Origin: Octopus vulgaris
Lineage: Eukaryota
Reading direction: 5' to 3'
DNA length: 64,000 nucleotides
NCBI GenBank assembly: GCA_951406725.2
Contig: OX597837.1
Coordinates: 33,976,001 to 34,040,000, forward strand
Shown: positions 37,192 through 50,954 of the stretch, piece after piece
Layout of the letters: each line of letters begins with the position of its first letter
Numbering within the stretch: the first letter of the stretch is position 1
The notes under the pieces: model-generated
The model's input: only the letters and a program-made list of their open reading frames with translations
Told to the model about the DNA's origin: nothing
Database searches by the model: none
Position numbers and translations under genes: made by a program

Positions 37192-37936
37192 TTCTGCCTT
37201 TTCTTCTTCTTCTTCTTCTTCTTCTTCTTCTTCTTCTTCTTCTCCTCCTCCTCCTCCTCCTCATCATCATCATCATCTTCTGCCTTTTCTTCTTCTTCTT
37301 CTTCTTCTTCTTCTTCTTCTTCTTCTTCTTCACATCCAATCCCTCATCTCCTGAACCATCGACCATCTGCAATTCCTTCTCTCCATCTGCCTCTTTCATA
37401 GTCGTAGATTCCTAAGTAATCGAAACGGTTTCGATCTCACCAGTTTCGGAGGATCTTCCCTGGACGCCAGCGCCATTTCCTCTTCCCTGTGGACGTACCT
37501 AAGAAAGAATGTAAATATGAAATATAATAGGAAAGGAAAGAGCTGATGGTGTCGATGCTGACGATGATGATGGTAGCAGGTGAGGATAATGATGGTGGTA
37601 TTCGTGGTGGTGGTCGTGGGTGGTGTTAGTGATGATGATGATAATGGAGATGATGGTAATGATGATGGTGGTGGTGGTGGTGGTGGTGGTAGAGGTGGTG
37701 GTAGCAGCGATGATGATGATGATGTGGTGGTAGTGATGATGATGATGGTAGCAGGTGAGGATAATGATGGTGGTATTCGTGGTGGTGGTCGTGGGTGGTG
37801 TTAGTGATGATGATGGAGATGATGATGATGACGAGGAGATGGTGGTGGTGGTGGTGTTGATGATGATGATGATGATAATGGTGATGCGGGTTATAGCGAC
37901 GACGTTGATGCTAATGACGACGACGACGACGACGAC

Positions 37937-37972
<36 letters not shown>

Positions 37973-38020
37973 GAAGAAGAAGAAGAAGAAGAAGAAGAAG
38001 AAGAAGAAGAAGAAGAGAAA
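37057..38020. repeat. Trinucleotide repeat cluster (CTT/CCT/CAT, GAT/GGT/GAA) including a local tandem duplication
   Basis: Direct inspection; gcaggtgaggataatgatggtggtattcgtgg occurs at ~37576 and ~37751. Confidence 0.9.
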
Positions 38021-38090
38021 TAGAAGTAGAAGATAATAATATGGGAGGAGAAGAATGGAAGAGGCGTGTTCAAAAGCCGTGTCTGTGTGT

Positions 38091-38139
<49 letters not shown>

Positions 38140-38224
38140 TAAGCTTACACACCCACTTGAACTTTCAACTCCTAGACACCAGGTCATCAGTATGATGTAA
38201 TTACCAGCCACTTTAGCTTATTTC

Positions 38225-38280
<56 letters not shown>

Positions 38281-38610
38281 TGTTATTATTGTTGTTGTTG
38301 TTGTTGATGATGATGATGATGATGATGTTGTTGTTGTTGTTGATGATGATGATGTTGTTGTTGTTGTTATTGAACACGTGAAGAAGGGTGTACTTGATGG
38401 GAGCTCATAGAAATGAAGTGGTGGGCACACATACAGACATACAAGCACGAACATATATTTATATATATAGATACACATATATACATGCATAAACATACAT
38501 ATACATACACATGTACACACACGGATATGTAAGGCGAAGCTCCAGCATGACCTTCACCGTAATGACTCTAAAAATTAAATAACTCCAAGCACATATATAT
38601 TTACAGATCT

Positions 38611-38916
38611 GTGAAGGCGCATGGCTCAGTGGTTAGAGCGTCGAGCTTACGATCGTGATGTTGTGAGCTCGAATCCCAGACCGAGCTACGTGTTGTGTTC
38701 TTGAGCAAGGCACTTTATTTCACGTTGCTCCAGTTCACTCAGCTGTAGAAATGAGTTGCGACGTCACTGGTGCCAAGCTGTATCGGCCCCTTTGCCTTTC
38801 CCTTGGACAACATCGGTGACGTGGAGAGGGGAGGCCGGTATGCATGGGCGACTGCTGGTCTTCCATAAACAACCTCGCCCGGACTTGTGTCTAGGAGGGT
38901 AACTTTCTAGGTGCAA
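38611..38916 (+). mobile_element. tRNA-derived SINE family C with intact head
   Basis: gaaggcgcaTGGCTCAGTGGttagagcg...GAGCTCGAATCCC; body shared with 15640-15950; related head at ~43440-43624 (-). Confidence 0.85.
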
Positions 38917-39013
38917 TATATATATATATATAGGCACATATATAAGTATATTTATACAAATACACACACATAGTTATACAAACACATAGATACATAGATA
39001 TATATACCTGCAT

Positions 39014-39052
<39 letters not shown>

Positions 39053-39054
<2 letters not shown>

Positions 39055-39915
39055 AGGTGCGATGGGTAAATTGTCGTCTTTCTTGTATTTTTAATTTTGC
39101 GCATGCACGTTGTTTTTGATTTTGTCGACTACACAGTACAGTAGGATCAGTTGGGCACCGTCTGTAAGAAAAACGGCACCATGACGTAAAGCACTCTGCC
39201 AGAAATTTGGAAATGACATGCTGTACTGCTTGGCATTCGCGCCGGAAGCTCCATGTACGAATATTTCAGAGTGTTTGGGTATCAATCTGAGGACATGTAC
39301 CGAAAGTGAAAAAATTCAAACATTCAGTTAGCATCATGGTGTTTGGAGTGATCACTAGTAATGGCGACGTTATGCCTCCATTCACCTTACCAGGCGGCCT
39401 CACATTCAACACAGAGGCCTACATCAAGTGCTGGAGGAGGTAGTGCTGGCCTGGGTCAAGAAGGTGGCTACTGGAAGACCCTATGTCTGGCAACAGGACT
39501 CTGTACCATGCCACACAAGCAGGGGATCCAAGTCATGGTTGTCAGATAATTTCTACGACCACATCACCCCTAACATCTGGCCACCTAACTCCCCAGACTG
39601 TAACTCCCTATATTTATTATATGTGGGGCACAGTTGAGCGAGAGACCAACAAACTCCTTGTAACACCAAAGATAAACTGAAGGCAAGGATTATGGCAGCA
39701 TTCACCAACTTAAACAAGGAGATTGTCCAGAAGAATTGCAGGAGATTCTGAAGTCGTCTGGGGGTTGTGGTTGAAGCCAATAGCGATTTTATTGAATGAA
39801 TTTACTCTTTAGTATTTCAAGATATTTTTATGTAATTTTGGTAAATATATCTGTTAAAATGAGATGTCAGTATTATTTTCATTTTGTTTTGCGACAGTTT
39901 GTTCGCCGCACCTTA
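39053..39915 (+). mobile_element. DD37D (maT-like) Tc1/mariner element, internally deleted
   Basis: TIRs caaggtgcgatgggtaaattgtcg and cgacagtttgttcgccgcacctta; IMVFGVITSNGDVMPP; WQQDSVPCHTS...WPPNSPDCNSLY (37 aa spacing, last D mutated to Y); VVEANSDFIE*. Confidence 0.85.
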
Positions 39916-39939
39916 TATATATTCTTTAATTCTTTTAGT

Positions 39940-40253
39940 CTTTTATTTTGTTTCAGTCATCTGACTGCGGCTATGCAAATCGACCCCAGGACTTATTCTT
40001 TTTAAGCTTATAACTTATTAAATCGGTCTTTTTTTGCCGAACCGCAAAGTGATGGTGGGGGACAAACACAGACATACAAACATATACATAAACGACGGGC
40101 TTCTTTCAGTTTCCGTCTACCGAATCCACTCACAAGGCTTTGGTCGGTCCGAGACTGTGGCAGAAGACACTTGACCAAAGTGTCACACAGTGGAACTGAA
40201 CCTGGAACCATGTGGTTGCAAACCAAATTTCTTACCACGCAGCTACACCTGCC
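39940..40253 (-). mobile_element. SINE family A, diverged
   Basis: Reverse complement of the head and tail. Confidence 0.8.
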
Positions 40254-40423
40254 TATATATATAATGCAGTCAGACAGAGACAGAGAGGCACAATAACATA
40301 CATACATACATACATATATATATATATATCACAATCAAGGAACGGCCATAATAGGCCATTCACCCACTAGAAATAACAGCCAAAAGCTTTAACCGCAAAA
40401 TAACATTAATTCCGTAAACCCTG

Positions 40424-40474
<51 letters not shown>

Positions 40475-40719
40475 TTTGGTTTGAGAGTGCACCTCTCATT
40501 CTCATGTGCTCATATCCAGTGTTATGAAACTCTGAAGAAATAAAATGCTTGGGTGTTGCCGCTCCCTCTCTCACTAAGTGGTTTATAAAATACAAATATG
40601 AATAAGTAAATAAATAAATAAATAAATAAGAACTCACCAAACCGGAGCTTTACAGGGCTACGAGTGCAATTTTATACAAATGAGCTCAAAACAAGTATAT
40701 ATCCACACCCACACTCACT

Positions 40720-41323
40720 CTCACACACACCCAACACATGCACATATTCTCACGCACACACGCACACACACACACAAACACATATACATGCACTCACATA
40801 AACACATACACACATGCGTACACTCTCGTGCACACACACATGCAGGCACTCACAGACACACACACAAATGCTCCCCATACAAATGCAAACACACACGCAT
40901 ACACACATACTGTACATACACACACACACATACTCACACACAGACACGTAAACACAAACGCATACGCAGAGAAACGCAGAGGGAGTGAGAGGGAGAGAGA
41001 GAGAGAAACAGAAACACACACACACAAACAGAGAGAGAGAGAGTGAGAGCGAGAGAGAGAGAGAGACAAATACACACACACAAACACACGCACATACACA
41101 CACACACACACACATACACACACAGAAACACAAACACACAAACACAGAGAGAGAGAGAGAGAGAGCGAGAGACACACACACACACACAAGCACACACACA
41201 CACACAGAAACAAACACACACACACAAACACAGAGAGAGAGAGAGCGAGAGAGAGAGAGAGAGAGACAGACAGACACAAGCACACACAAACACACACACA
41301 CACACACACACAGAGAAACACAA

Positions 41324-41419
<96 letters not shown>

Positions 41420-41491
41420 CACACACAAGCACACACAAACACACACACAAACACAAACACACACAAACACAGAGAGAGAGAGAGAGAGAGC

Positions 41492-41525
<34 letters not shown>

Positions 41526-41537
41526 CACAAGCACACA

Positions 41538-41575
<38 letters not shown>
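40720..41575. repeat. Compound (CA)n/(GA)n microsatellite
   Basis: Direct inspection. Confidence 0.9.
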
Positions 41576-42190
41576 GTGACCTACTCACAACCCCTTCAAC
41601 TAGGTCACATCACATTACATCCTACTCTCTAAATTTTTCACAAACCTCTCCTTCGATAATTTCTTTCTGTTCTCGTTTATTTCAGTTCTAATTTTTCTGA
41701 AAGCGGAAGTTGAAGATTTTCATTATCACGTGACTAACACCCCCACCCCACCCACACACACACAAACACAAAAGCTCTTGCTGTCTAGTCAGACTACGAG
41801 GAACCTGCTAAATACAACAGCTAAATTTCTTCTTTTCAAGTCAAGCATTATCGTAATAGAGAAGTGAAGGTCACATTTGATAATGCAGTCATAGACTAAG
41901 GACTGTCTTACCAGCATTGTTATACCTCAGCCGTAAGCTAAGCCATGTACAGGAACCAATAGTATTTATTCATTGATAGCTTAGTGATGGCCATCAATAG
42001 GGGCAGACGTGGCTGTATGGTAAGAAATTTGCTCCTCAACGACAGGGTTCCGGCGCCAGTGTCACTGCGTGACACCCTGGGCAAGTGTCATCTGCCAAGG
42101 TCTCACCAAATTCTTCAAAAATCTATCCTTTTCTGATTTCTTTCTTTCCTCGGTTGTGAGAGGGTTTGATTGATAGAAACTGGTAAAAGC

Positions 42191-42290
42191 CTGACGAGGC
42201 TGTTTTGCACTCTGCGTTGCATCTGGAGTTATTACATCGCTCTTTGTCCACTAGGGAGCAGGGCAGAATGAAGCCGAAACGATTGTTGTG
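42191..42290 (+). ncRNA. Hammerhead-like motif with long stem II, degenerate stem I
   Basis: CTGACGA-ggct...(~70 nt, partly self-complementary)...agcc-GAA-acgattgt-T; AATAAA directly downstream. Confidence 0.4.
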
Positions 42291-42353
42291 CGAATAAATG
42301 CTTCTAGTTACACTCTGTCTTCCGTATTAATCTTTTAATATATACATCCAATG

Positions 42354-42749
42354 AGGCGGCGAGCTGGCAGAAACGATAGCACGCCGGGCGAAATGCTTAG
42401 CAGTATTTCGTCTGCCGCTACGTTCTGAGTTCAAATTCCGCCGAGGTCGACTTTGCCTTTCATCCTTTCAGGGTCGATTAAATGAGTACCAGTTACGTAC
42501 TGGGGCCGATATAATCGACTTAATCTGTTTGTCTGTCCTTGTTTGTCCCCTCTGTGTTTAGCCCCTTGTGGGTAGTAAAGAAATAGGTATTTCGTCTGTC
42601 TTTGCATTCTGAGTTCAAATTCCGCCGAGGTCGACTTTGCCTTTCACCCATTTGGGGTCGATAAAATAAGTCCTAGTTGCATACTGGAGTCGATCTAATC
42701 GACTAGTCTCCTCCCACCAAATTTCGGGCCTTGTGCCTAAAGTAGAAAA

Positions 42750-42752
<3 letters not shown>
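42354..42752 (+). mobile_element. SINE family B, dimeric
   Basis: Same head and same aaagaaata|ggtatttcg module junction as 25154-25740. Confidence 0.85.
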
Positions 42753-42803
<51 letters not shown>

Positions 42804-42811
42804 TTTTCTAC

Positions 42812-42864
<53 letters not shown>

Positions 42865-42997
42865 ATTACAAGGCACAAAAAGAAAATGACTCTCCCCAGA
42901 CACAACAGAATATGCTTCAACACACGAACTCATATAAAGAATCTTGCAAACCAAATCCCAAATCGAAATAGATATATATATATATATATGTACGTAA

Positions 42998-43208
42998 ATG
43001 GCTGGTTTATGGGGTTACCCAGGGTTTCATGTCGATAAAATGCTTAGCTTTACAGCGTCTCATCAGACCCTAATGGTCTTCAAAGTGGAAGAAGAAAAGA
43101 CCTCGTGGTTAATTGTTGAATACACGGAAAAAGGAGAAGGGCTAAGGGCAACGAAAAGCTAATAGCTTTATGGACGCGAAACCTTGGGTAACACTATGAA
43201 CCGGCCAT
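42998..43208. repeat. Fold-back element containing a canonical-core hammerhead motif
   Basis: ~53-bp imperfect inverted arms; minus strand 43070-43012 reads gggt-CTGATGA-...-GAA-accc-t-gggt-A-accc. Confidence 0.75.
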
Positions 43209-43284
43209 AACTATCTTTATCTAAATACTTTACTGATCTATAAATTACAATGTGCTCCTCTTTCGGATTTCTGATTTACTGACG

Positions 43285-43316
<32 letters not shown>

Positions 43317-43745
43317 CCGCGCGCACGTTTGTATCTTCCCCCACAGCCAGTGAGAAGACACAGACACCTCATGAGGCCGGAGAACCCGGTCTCCATGGCA
43401 TTTAAGCAATCGAGATGACAACACTCCACCTGAACAAAACGGTGGTCATTCACAGAGTTAACTCGCCAGCTACTGCCGGAACTCATTTGTCAGCTGAGCG
43501 GACTGGAGCAACGTGAAACGAAGTGTGTGGCGCAAGGAAACAACAAATCGTCCGTTCCAGTGAATCGAAACCACGATCTTACGACCGCGCGTGCAAACAC
43601 CCTAACCACTCGGCCAAGCGCCTTTTCAGGAGACAATGTCGTGTTTGTAGCTCTTCCTTACTCTGTGGAGTCGAGTTTCAGAGGCCTTGGAATTCTTCTT
43701 CCAGGCAGCTATTACTCTTTTTTTTTCCTCTCTTTTTTTAAATTT

Positions 43746-44102
43746 TTTTACTTGTTTCAGTCATTTGACTGCGGCCATGCTGGAGCACCGCCTTTAGTCG
43801 AGCAAATCGACCCCGGGACTTATTCTTTGTAAGCCCAGTACTTATTCTATCGGTCTCTTTTGCCGAACCGCTAAGTGACGGGGACGTAAACACACCACCA
43901 TTGTTGCCAAGCAAACACAGACACACACACTTATATATATATACATATATACGACAGGCTTCTTTCAGTTTCCGTCTACCAAATTCACTCACAAGGCATT
44001 GGTCGGCCCGGGGCTATAGCAGAAGACACTTGCCCAAGATGCCACGCAGTGGGACTGAACCCAGAACCATGTGGTTGGTTAGCAAGCTACTTACCACACA
44101 GC
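43746..44102 (-). mobile_element. SINE family A
   Basis: Reverse complement of family A. Confidence 0.9.
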
Positions 44103-44665
44103 CCGTGGTTTATTGATGGCATGTTTCTTAAAGCGAACAATTCCAGTCTTGTTCAGGCAAAAATATTCGGAGAGGATTATTAAGAAACGGTTAAATCTAT
44201 GCGAGTAGCTCAATATTCAATAACTCTGGTTCAATATATCGAATTCTAATCTGATACAAAACACCGATTGATTAGACGTATGTATATATAGTATACATTC
44301 ACGTGTATATCAATATATACACACCACATACATATATATGTCATGTGTTTGTGTGTATATCTATCTATATCTCTACATTAAAGTGAGGTAGTTTTGGTGA
44401 AACAATGTGGTATAAGAGTTTCGTAGTTTATTTTGTACCTTCTCGCATTGTACCGGCCTTACACAACAAATCTCTTTAAATACACACACATCTATCTATC
44501 TATCTATCTATCTATATATATATATATATATATATATATCATCATTTAACGTTCATTTTTCATGCTGGTATGGGCTGGACGGTTTGACAGCTGACCACCT
44601 GAGGGGTTGTTCAGGCTCCCTGTCTGTTTTGGTATGGTTTCTCCAGCCTGATGCCCTTCCTAACG

Positions 44666-44727
<62 letters not shown>

Positions 44728-44765
44728 CACATACACACATACCGTATTTGATAGCATACGGTATG

Positions 44766-44838
<73 letters not shown>

Positions 44839-45197
44839 GAGAATATACGGGTTTGACAATAAAAGGATAGTCACTTTGGCTTGTTTAAAACAGGTAAGGA
44901 CAACCATTCTCGACAAAGGCCCGCATGAGACGTGACAGGCAAGCAACACACCTAAAAACAATTCAAGAAGTTCTGCAGGCCGCAACTTGCCCACGTCTGG
45001 TTTAGAACCTTTCCATATAGGAGGAGAGTTCGTTAGTGTGATGACCGAGTCTCTCTGTTCTTATTATGTTAGTTGATTTCCAGAATAAATCATTCGTCGT
45101 TGTTTCTTTTATTTAACAAAATCTGCAGAATAAGAATGAATTATTAATAATATCAGAAGCCAGCAAGTGAATGTGTGTAAATATATACATATATACA

Positions 45198-46020
45198 GGC
45201 GCAGGAGTGGCTGTGTGGTAAGTAGCTTGCTAACCAACCACATGGTTCCGGGTTCAGTCCCACTGCGTGGCATCTTGGGCAAGTGTCTTCTGCTATAGCC
45301 CCGGGCCGACCAATGCCTTGTGAGTGGATTTGGTAGACGGAAACTGAAAGAAGCCTGTCGTATATATGTATATATATATATGTGCATGTGTGTGTATATG
45401 TTTGTGTGTCTGTGTTTGTCCCCCTAGCATTGCTTGACAACCGATGCTGGTGTGTTTACGTCCCCGTCACTTAGCGGTTCGGCAAAAGAGACCGATAGAA
45501 TAAGTACTGGGCTTACAAAGAATAAGTCCCGGGGTCGATTTGCTCGACTAAAGGCGGTGCTTCAGCATGGCCGCAGTCAAATGACTGAAACAAGTAAAAG
45601 AGTATATGAATTTATAAAGCGAGGTGGAACGAACAGGCTTTAATCACATCTCACAGCAATTGCTTCAGGCGCAGGAGTGGCTTGCTTATCAACCACATGG
45701 TTCTGGGTTCAATCCCACTGCGTGGCACCTTGGGCAAGTGTCTTCTATTATAGCTTCGGGCCGACCAATGCCCTGTGAGTGGATTTGGTAGGCGGAAACT
45801 GAAAGAAGCCCGTCGTATATATGCATGAATGTGTTTTTCCTCCCAACATCGCTTGACAACCGATGCTGGTGTGTTTACGTCTCGTCACTTAGCGGTTCAG
45901 CAAAAAGAGACCGATAGAATAAGTACTAGGCTTACAAAGAATAAGTCCTGGGGTCGATTTGCTCGACTAAAGGCGGTGCTCCAGCATGGCCGCAGTCAAA
46001 TGACTGAAACAAGTAAGAGT
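45198..46020 (+). mobile_element. Two adjacent SINE family A copies (45198-45603, 45668-46020)
   Basis: Both start GGCGCAGGAGTGGCT and end gactgaaacaagtaa. Confidence 0.9.
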
Positions 46021-48804
46021 ACATCGATAATAACTGTTAGCTACCATATATATATATATATATATATAGCTTTAAACCATCCTTTATATCTATTATACAC
46101 TGATGTAAGAATAGGCCGTTTATAAAGCTTGAAACACGTGTACCGCAACATCCTTTGTATTCTGTTTTTGATATATATATATAAATGGTATTTTTATATA
46201 AGCGTAAAGCTTATGGCGATCACTACTGAAATTATATATATATATATATATATATGTGTACACACACGCACACAAATATAGAGGTAGTATATGAATAAAT
46301 TATATGAGAAACAATCCAGTGTACATATTATAAACTATGCATCATATATATATAAACCAAGAAAAGAAAAAAACAAGAAAACAGATGAAAAATTAGCCAT
46401 CACCAGAATCCACTTTTTGTGAGTTCCTGGTCTTTTATTAGAAAAAATGTCAGGAATAATTAAAAAAAAATCAACTGAACAAAAAAATATATATATGTGG
46501 AAAACAAATACATCGTGAAATGCTTGGACTCTGAAAAAAAAAAATATCCCCACAGTTTGTGTAGGATTGCAGTTTATAGGTTATATGTCTTCGTGTGTTG
46601 GTGGATAACGCGCACTCATTAAAAAAAGGTAATGATACCCATATAATGATTGCTATAGAATGGGCGGTAAGCTTTCGGCGAATCTGGTTCTGTATCTACT
46701 TCACAACTTGCATTTCCAGAAAGCAAAAGACCAGCGTTGTCATAAGAGAGAGAGGCATCCATATTGATAAATGGCGCCTATTTATGTAATGTAAAATCAA
46801 GCAATCGGCTTACTGACAATTTTATCGTATTTATATGGGATAAATACATAGTTATCACCAGTTTTTGTGTGTATATATAAACATACATTCATGCACTTAA
46901 ATTTCTAATGTGTTTAATATCTAAATATAAATCAATTGCACTTTTTTTTTTATCACTCCAAAAATTATGAAGTTCGTTCTAGAATCGCCATTGCTTGATA
47001 TATAATGATTAATAAAAAACAGAAACCATCAACGACAAATGCTTTGAAAATATATCAGCAACGTTGGTTATGAAGCTCAGAACCGTTTGGAAATTGCTTC
47101 ACTTGTTGTTGAGAGTTTACAATAGACTTAAAAATCAATTTGTCCATGAAAAATATGCTTCTAACTACCTTTCCGTTATTCAGACATGTATTACTTTCGA
47201 CAATGCAGTCCTTCTCAGTCAAATATTTCTTTCATTGTCCGTTTGCTCATTATGAAAACGGAGATATTTTTTTGTCTCTTCTCTCTATCACACTCACATT
47301 TTTACCACTGCCCATTCAGACCATACAAAGATTTTTTCTTTAAAAATATATAAATGTATACGCTATATTTGTATTTATTTTTATCTCTTTATGAAAACAA
47401 GCAAACACACTCTCACATACATACGTTTATATCGTCTGCTTGTTATGAATATACGCAAGCAATATACATTCATAGAAATCCAAACACACATACACACAAA
47501 CTTCAACCAAATTCTATATTTACGCACATCGCAAACAATCATTATATACACAAACTTGCACTCAAAGCATATTTTAAAAAGTTGGCTAGTTTATGATCAA
47601 ATAAACACACACGCACACGATTCCACATCTACAAACACAATCACAAAGTCACGTACACGCATTACACGGTGGCGGAGTAATGGCTACGCCGTGTAAATAG
47701 CGTGTAAGTTCGTCATTAGTACAAGCCTAAAAAAAGTGTGAGTGTTAAGATTGTGTGTGTGTGTTGTGGGTTGGTGGGGAGGGGGGTTGTAACAAAAATA
47801 AAGTTAAAACAAATATATATTTAAAAAAAAAAAAAAAAGCAATATTTGCACGTACAAGTGATGCCATGCTGGCACTCGGCTTGCACGCGGTCGTTCGTGA
47901 CATCACACCAACTCCAATCCCGGCAGCGTTAGCATTTAAGTCACATGAATGCCTCTTCTTATTTGCTCGTGCTCTGTATTACCATTCTTTCTTCTCTTGT
48001 CTGTCTATTGTCTACGTGTATAAATGTGTGTATATCTGTCTTTCATTGTCTCTGTGAGTGAGTGATAGATAGATAGATAGACAGATAGATAGATAGATAG
48101 AGAGAGAGAGAGTGTGTGTGTGTGTGTAAATTGAGCTTGGGTTTTTTCTAGTTTTGGCAACAAAGCCAGCCGTTTTTTTGAGGGAAGGGAGGAAAATCGA
48201 TCACATCGAACCCGGATTGACGAAAGGCAAAGTCGACTCTGCTGGAATTTGAACTCAGAATGTGAAGACCCACACCAAAACGAATAGAGATGCTCTACCC
48301 ATTCTGACTATTCATTTTCCCTATATAATAATATAAAGTCAGTAAATTTGGGAAGCGGGGTCGTTAGCATTTGTATAACAAAAATGGCGAGGAGGAACAG
48401 TCCGTCTTGCACGGAATTTGTTTTTTGAGGGGAGAGGACACACAGTGACGGTACAGTCGGGTTTGGAGGCCTTGTGCATTTGTCAGATCAGTGCCCCCAC
48501 TCCATCTCCTTAAACCTAATATACTTGTCTACTACAGCAAACATGTGTACACAGGGTATCCCCTTCCGTGGGGATCTGAAAATACCGCCCGCCCCACGTT
48601 ACTCTACTGGGTATAGATAAAAAGAAGAAAGAAAAAAAAAACAACGACCCAGGTAATACAAACTCTAGCTACTGAGGCTGGGGTGGAGTAAAAGGATGGG
48701 TCGATCAAATCGCCCTCAGTATATAGCTGGTATTTTGTAAAGAACGTTATAGCTACATTTTTCGTTTCGTTAGAAACTTGTCAAGTTTTGCTATTATTAT
48801 TACC

Positions 48805-49225
48805 TATTTCTTTATTACCCACAAGGGGCTAAACGTAGAGGGGACAAACAAGGACAGACATAGGTATTAAGTCGATTACATCGACCCCAGTGCGTAACTG
48901 GTACTTAATTTATCGACCCCGAAAGGATGAAAGGTAAAGTCGACCTCGGCGGAATTTGAACTCAGAACGTAGCGGCAGACGAAATACCTATTTCTTTACT
49001 ACCCACAAGGGGCTAAACAGAGAGGACAAAGAAGGGCAGGCAAATGGATTAAGTCGATTACATCGACCCCAGTGCGTAACTGGTACTTAATTTATCGACC
49101 CCGAAAGGATGAAAGGTAAAGTCGACCTCGGCGGAATTTGAACTCAGAATGTAACGGCAGACGAAATACCGCTATATTATTACCTCCCGCCAAAATTTCA
49201 GGCCTTGTGCCTATAGTAGAAAGGA
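48805..49225 (-). mobile_element. SINE family B, multimeric
   Basis: Two reverse-complement 184-bp-type modules plus a tail fragment; older relatives at ~48200-48300 and ~51360-51880. Confidence 0.8.
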
Positions 49226-49539
49226 TTATTATTATTATTATTATTGGCATTCAATAAATAAATAAATAAATTGGAAAGGAAAAAAAGAAAGAAGGAGAAA
49301 AGGAAACCGACTTATCAAAAGTTCAAAAGATCTACGAGAGATTTAAGGTTTTTTTTAAAAAAAAAATACTTTTTATTTTTATTTTTCGAAGAAATCAATT
49401 ACGATGCCTTTCTTTCTTTCTGGTGCAAAGCTTAAAAGTTTATTGGGTGAAGAATTATTAATCAATCGTCTGGCTCGTTGGTCACCATTTCGCTTTGCCA
49501 CCCGATACACACACACACACATCGTTGACGTCATACGTA

Positions 49540-49980
49540 TATATATATATATACACATATATACACACATATAGATATATACATATATATATATATATAT
49601 ACATGCTTATATATGTATACATACATATACACATACATATACATACATACACATATATATAAATACATATATACATACATGCTTATATATGTATACATAC
49701 ATATACACATACATATACATACATACACATATATATAAATACATATATACATACATATATATATATATACATACATATATATATATACACATATATACAT
49801 ACATACATATACACATACATATACACATACATATATACACATATATATACACACATATATATACATACATATATACACATATATATACATACATATATAC
49901 ACATATATACATACATATATACACACACATATATATATATATATACATACACACATATATATACACATACACACATATAT
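49540..49980. repeat. Compound (TA/CA) microsatellite
   Basis: Direct inspection. Confidence 0.9.
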
Positions 49981-50429
49981 AATGTAAGTGCGTGATAGTA
50001 TTTGTTTGTGAGATGAAAAGTTTAAAAGGATGACTACTGTTAATGATCGCCTATATATACACCCACTCTCATATGTAAGCGTACGCGCGTGTGTGTGTGT
50101 GTGTAAGCATTGCGTGTTTATGTATAATGATATCGCTGTCAGATTACTTAGAAGTCGAAACGGACGGCGGGAAGAAGGTGGGGCGCGTTTAACGAATCAA
50201 CAGCAGAGAGAGAGGGGGAGAGAGACAGAAAGAGAAAATAGTTATGAAAGTGAAAGTAGAAAATCTGTCGCTCTTGAACAAATCTTTGAACCGAGTTATT
50301 ATTATAACCAAAACGGTGGCAGTCGAGTGTGTTAGCTAGATTTAAAAAAAATCTTATTTCTATAATGACAGGTTGTGTGTGTGAGAAGAGGGTTTTTTTT
50401 TTGCCTTTGAAAGGAAGTTCTATATTTTC

Positions 50430-50473
<44 letters not shown>

Positions 50474-50474
<1 letters not shown>

Positions 50475-50856
50475 TGGAAGCACTCCGTCGGTTACGACGA
50501 TGAGGGTTCCGGTTGATCCGAATCAACGGAACAGCCTGCTCGTGAAATTAACGTGTAAGTGGCTGAGCACTCCACAGACACGTGTACCCCTTAACATAGT
50601 TCTCGGGGATATTCAGCGTGACACAGAGAGTGACAAGGCCGGCCCCTTGAAATATAGGTACAACAGAAACAGAAAGTAAGAGTGAGAGAGAAAGTTGTGG
50701 TGAAAGAGTACAGCAGGGATCACCACCATCCCCTGCCGGAGCCTCGTGGAGCTTTTAGGTGTTTCCGCTCAATAAACACTCACAACGCCCTGAGAATCGA
50801 AACCGCGATCCTATGACCGCGAGTCCGATGTCCTAACCACTGGGCCATTGCGCCTC

Positions 50857-50860
<4 letters not shown>
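50474..50860 (-). mobile_element. tRNA-derived SINE family D
   Basis: Minus-strand head gtggaggcgcaaTGGCCCAGTGGttagg...GGTTTCGATTC; near-identical to 52597-52982. Confidence 0.85.

Positions 50861-50954
<94 letters not shown>

Noticed and set aside
38611-38690. tRNA gene (also the heads at 52900-52982 and 10063-10135)
   Set aside because: Box A/B present but no complete cloverleaf; they continue into multicopy SINE bodies
46100-46146. CTGATGT...GAAACACGTGTA hammerhead-like motif
   Set aside because: A9 is missing and there is no stem I pairing
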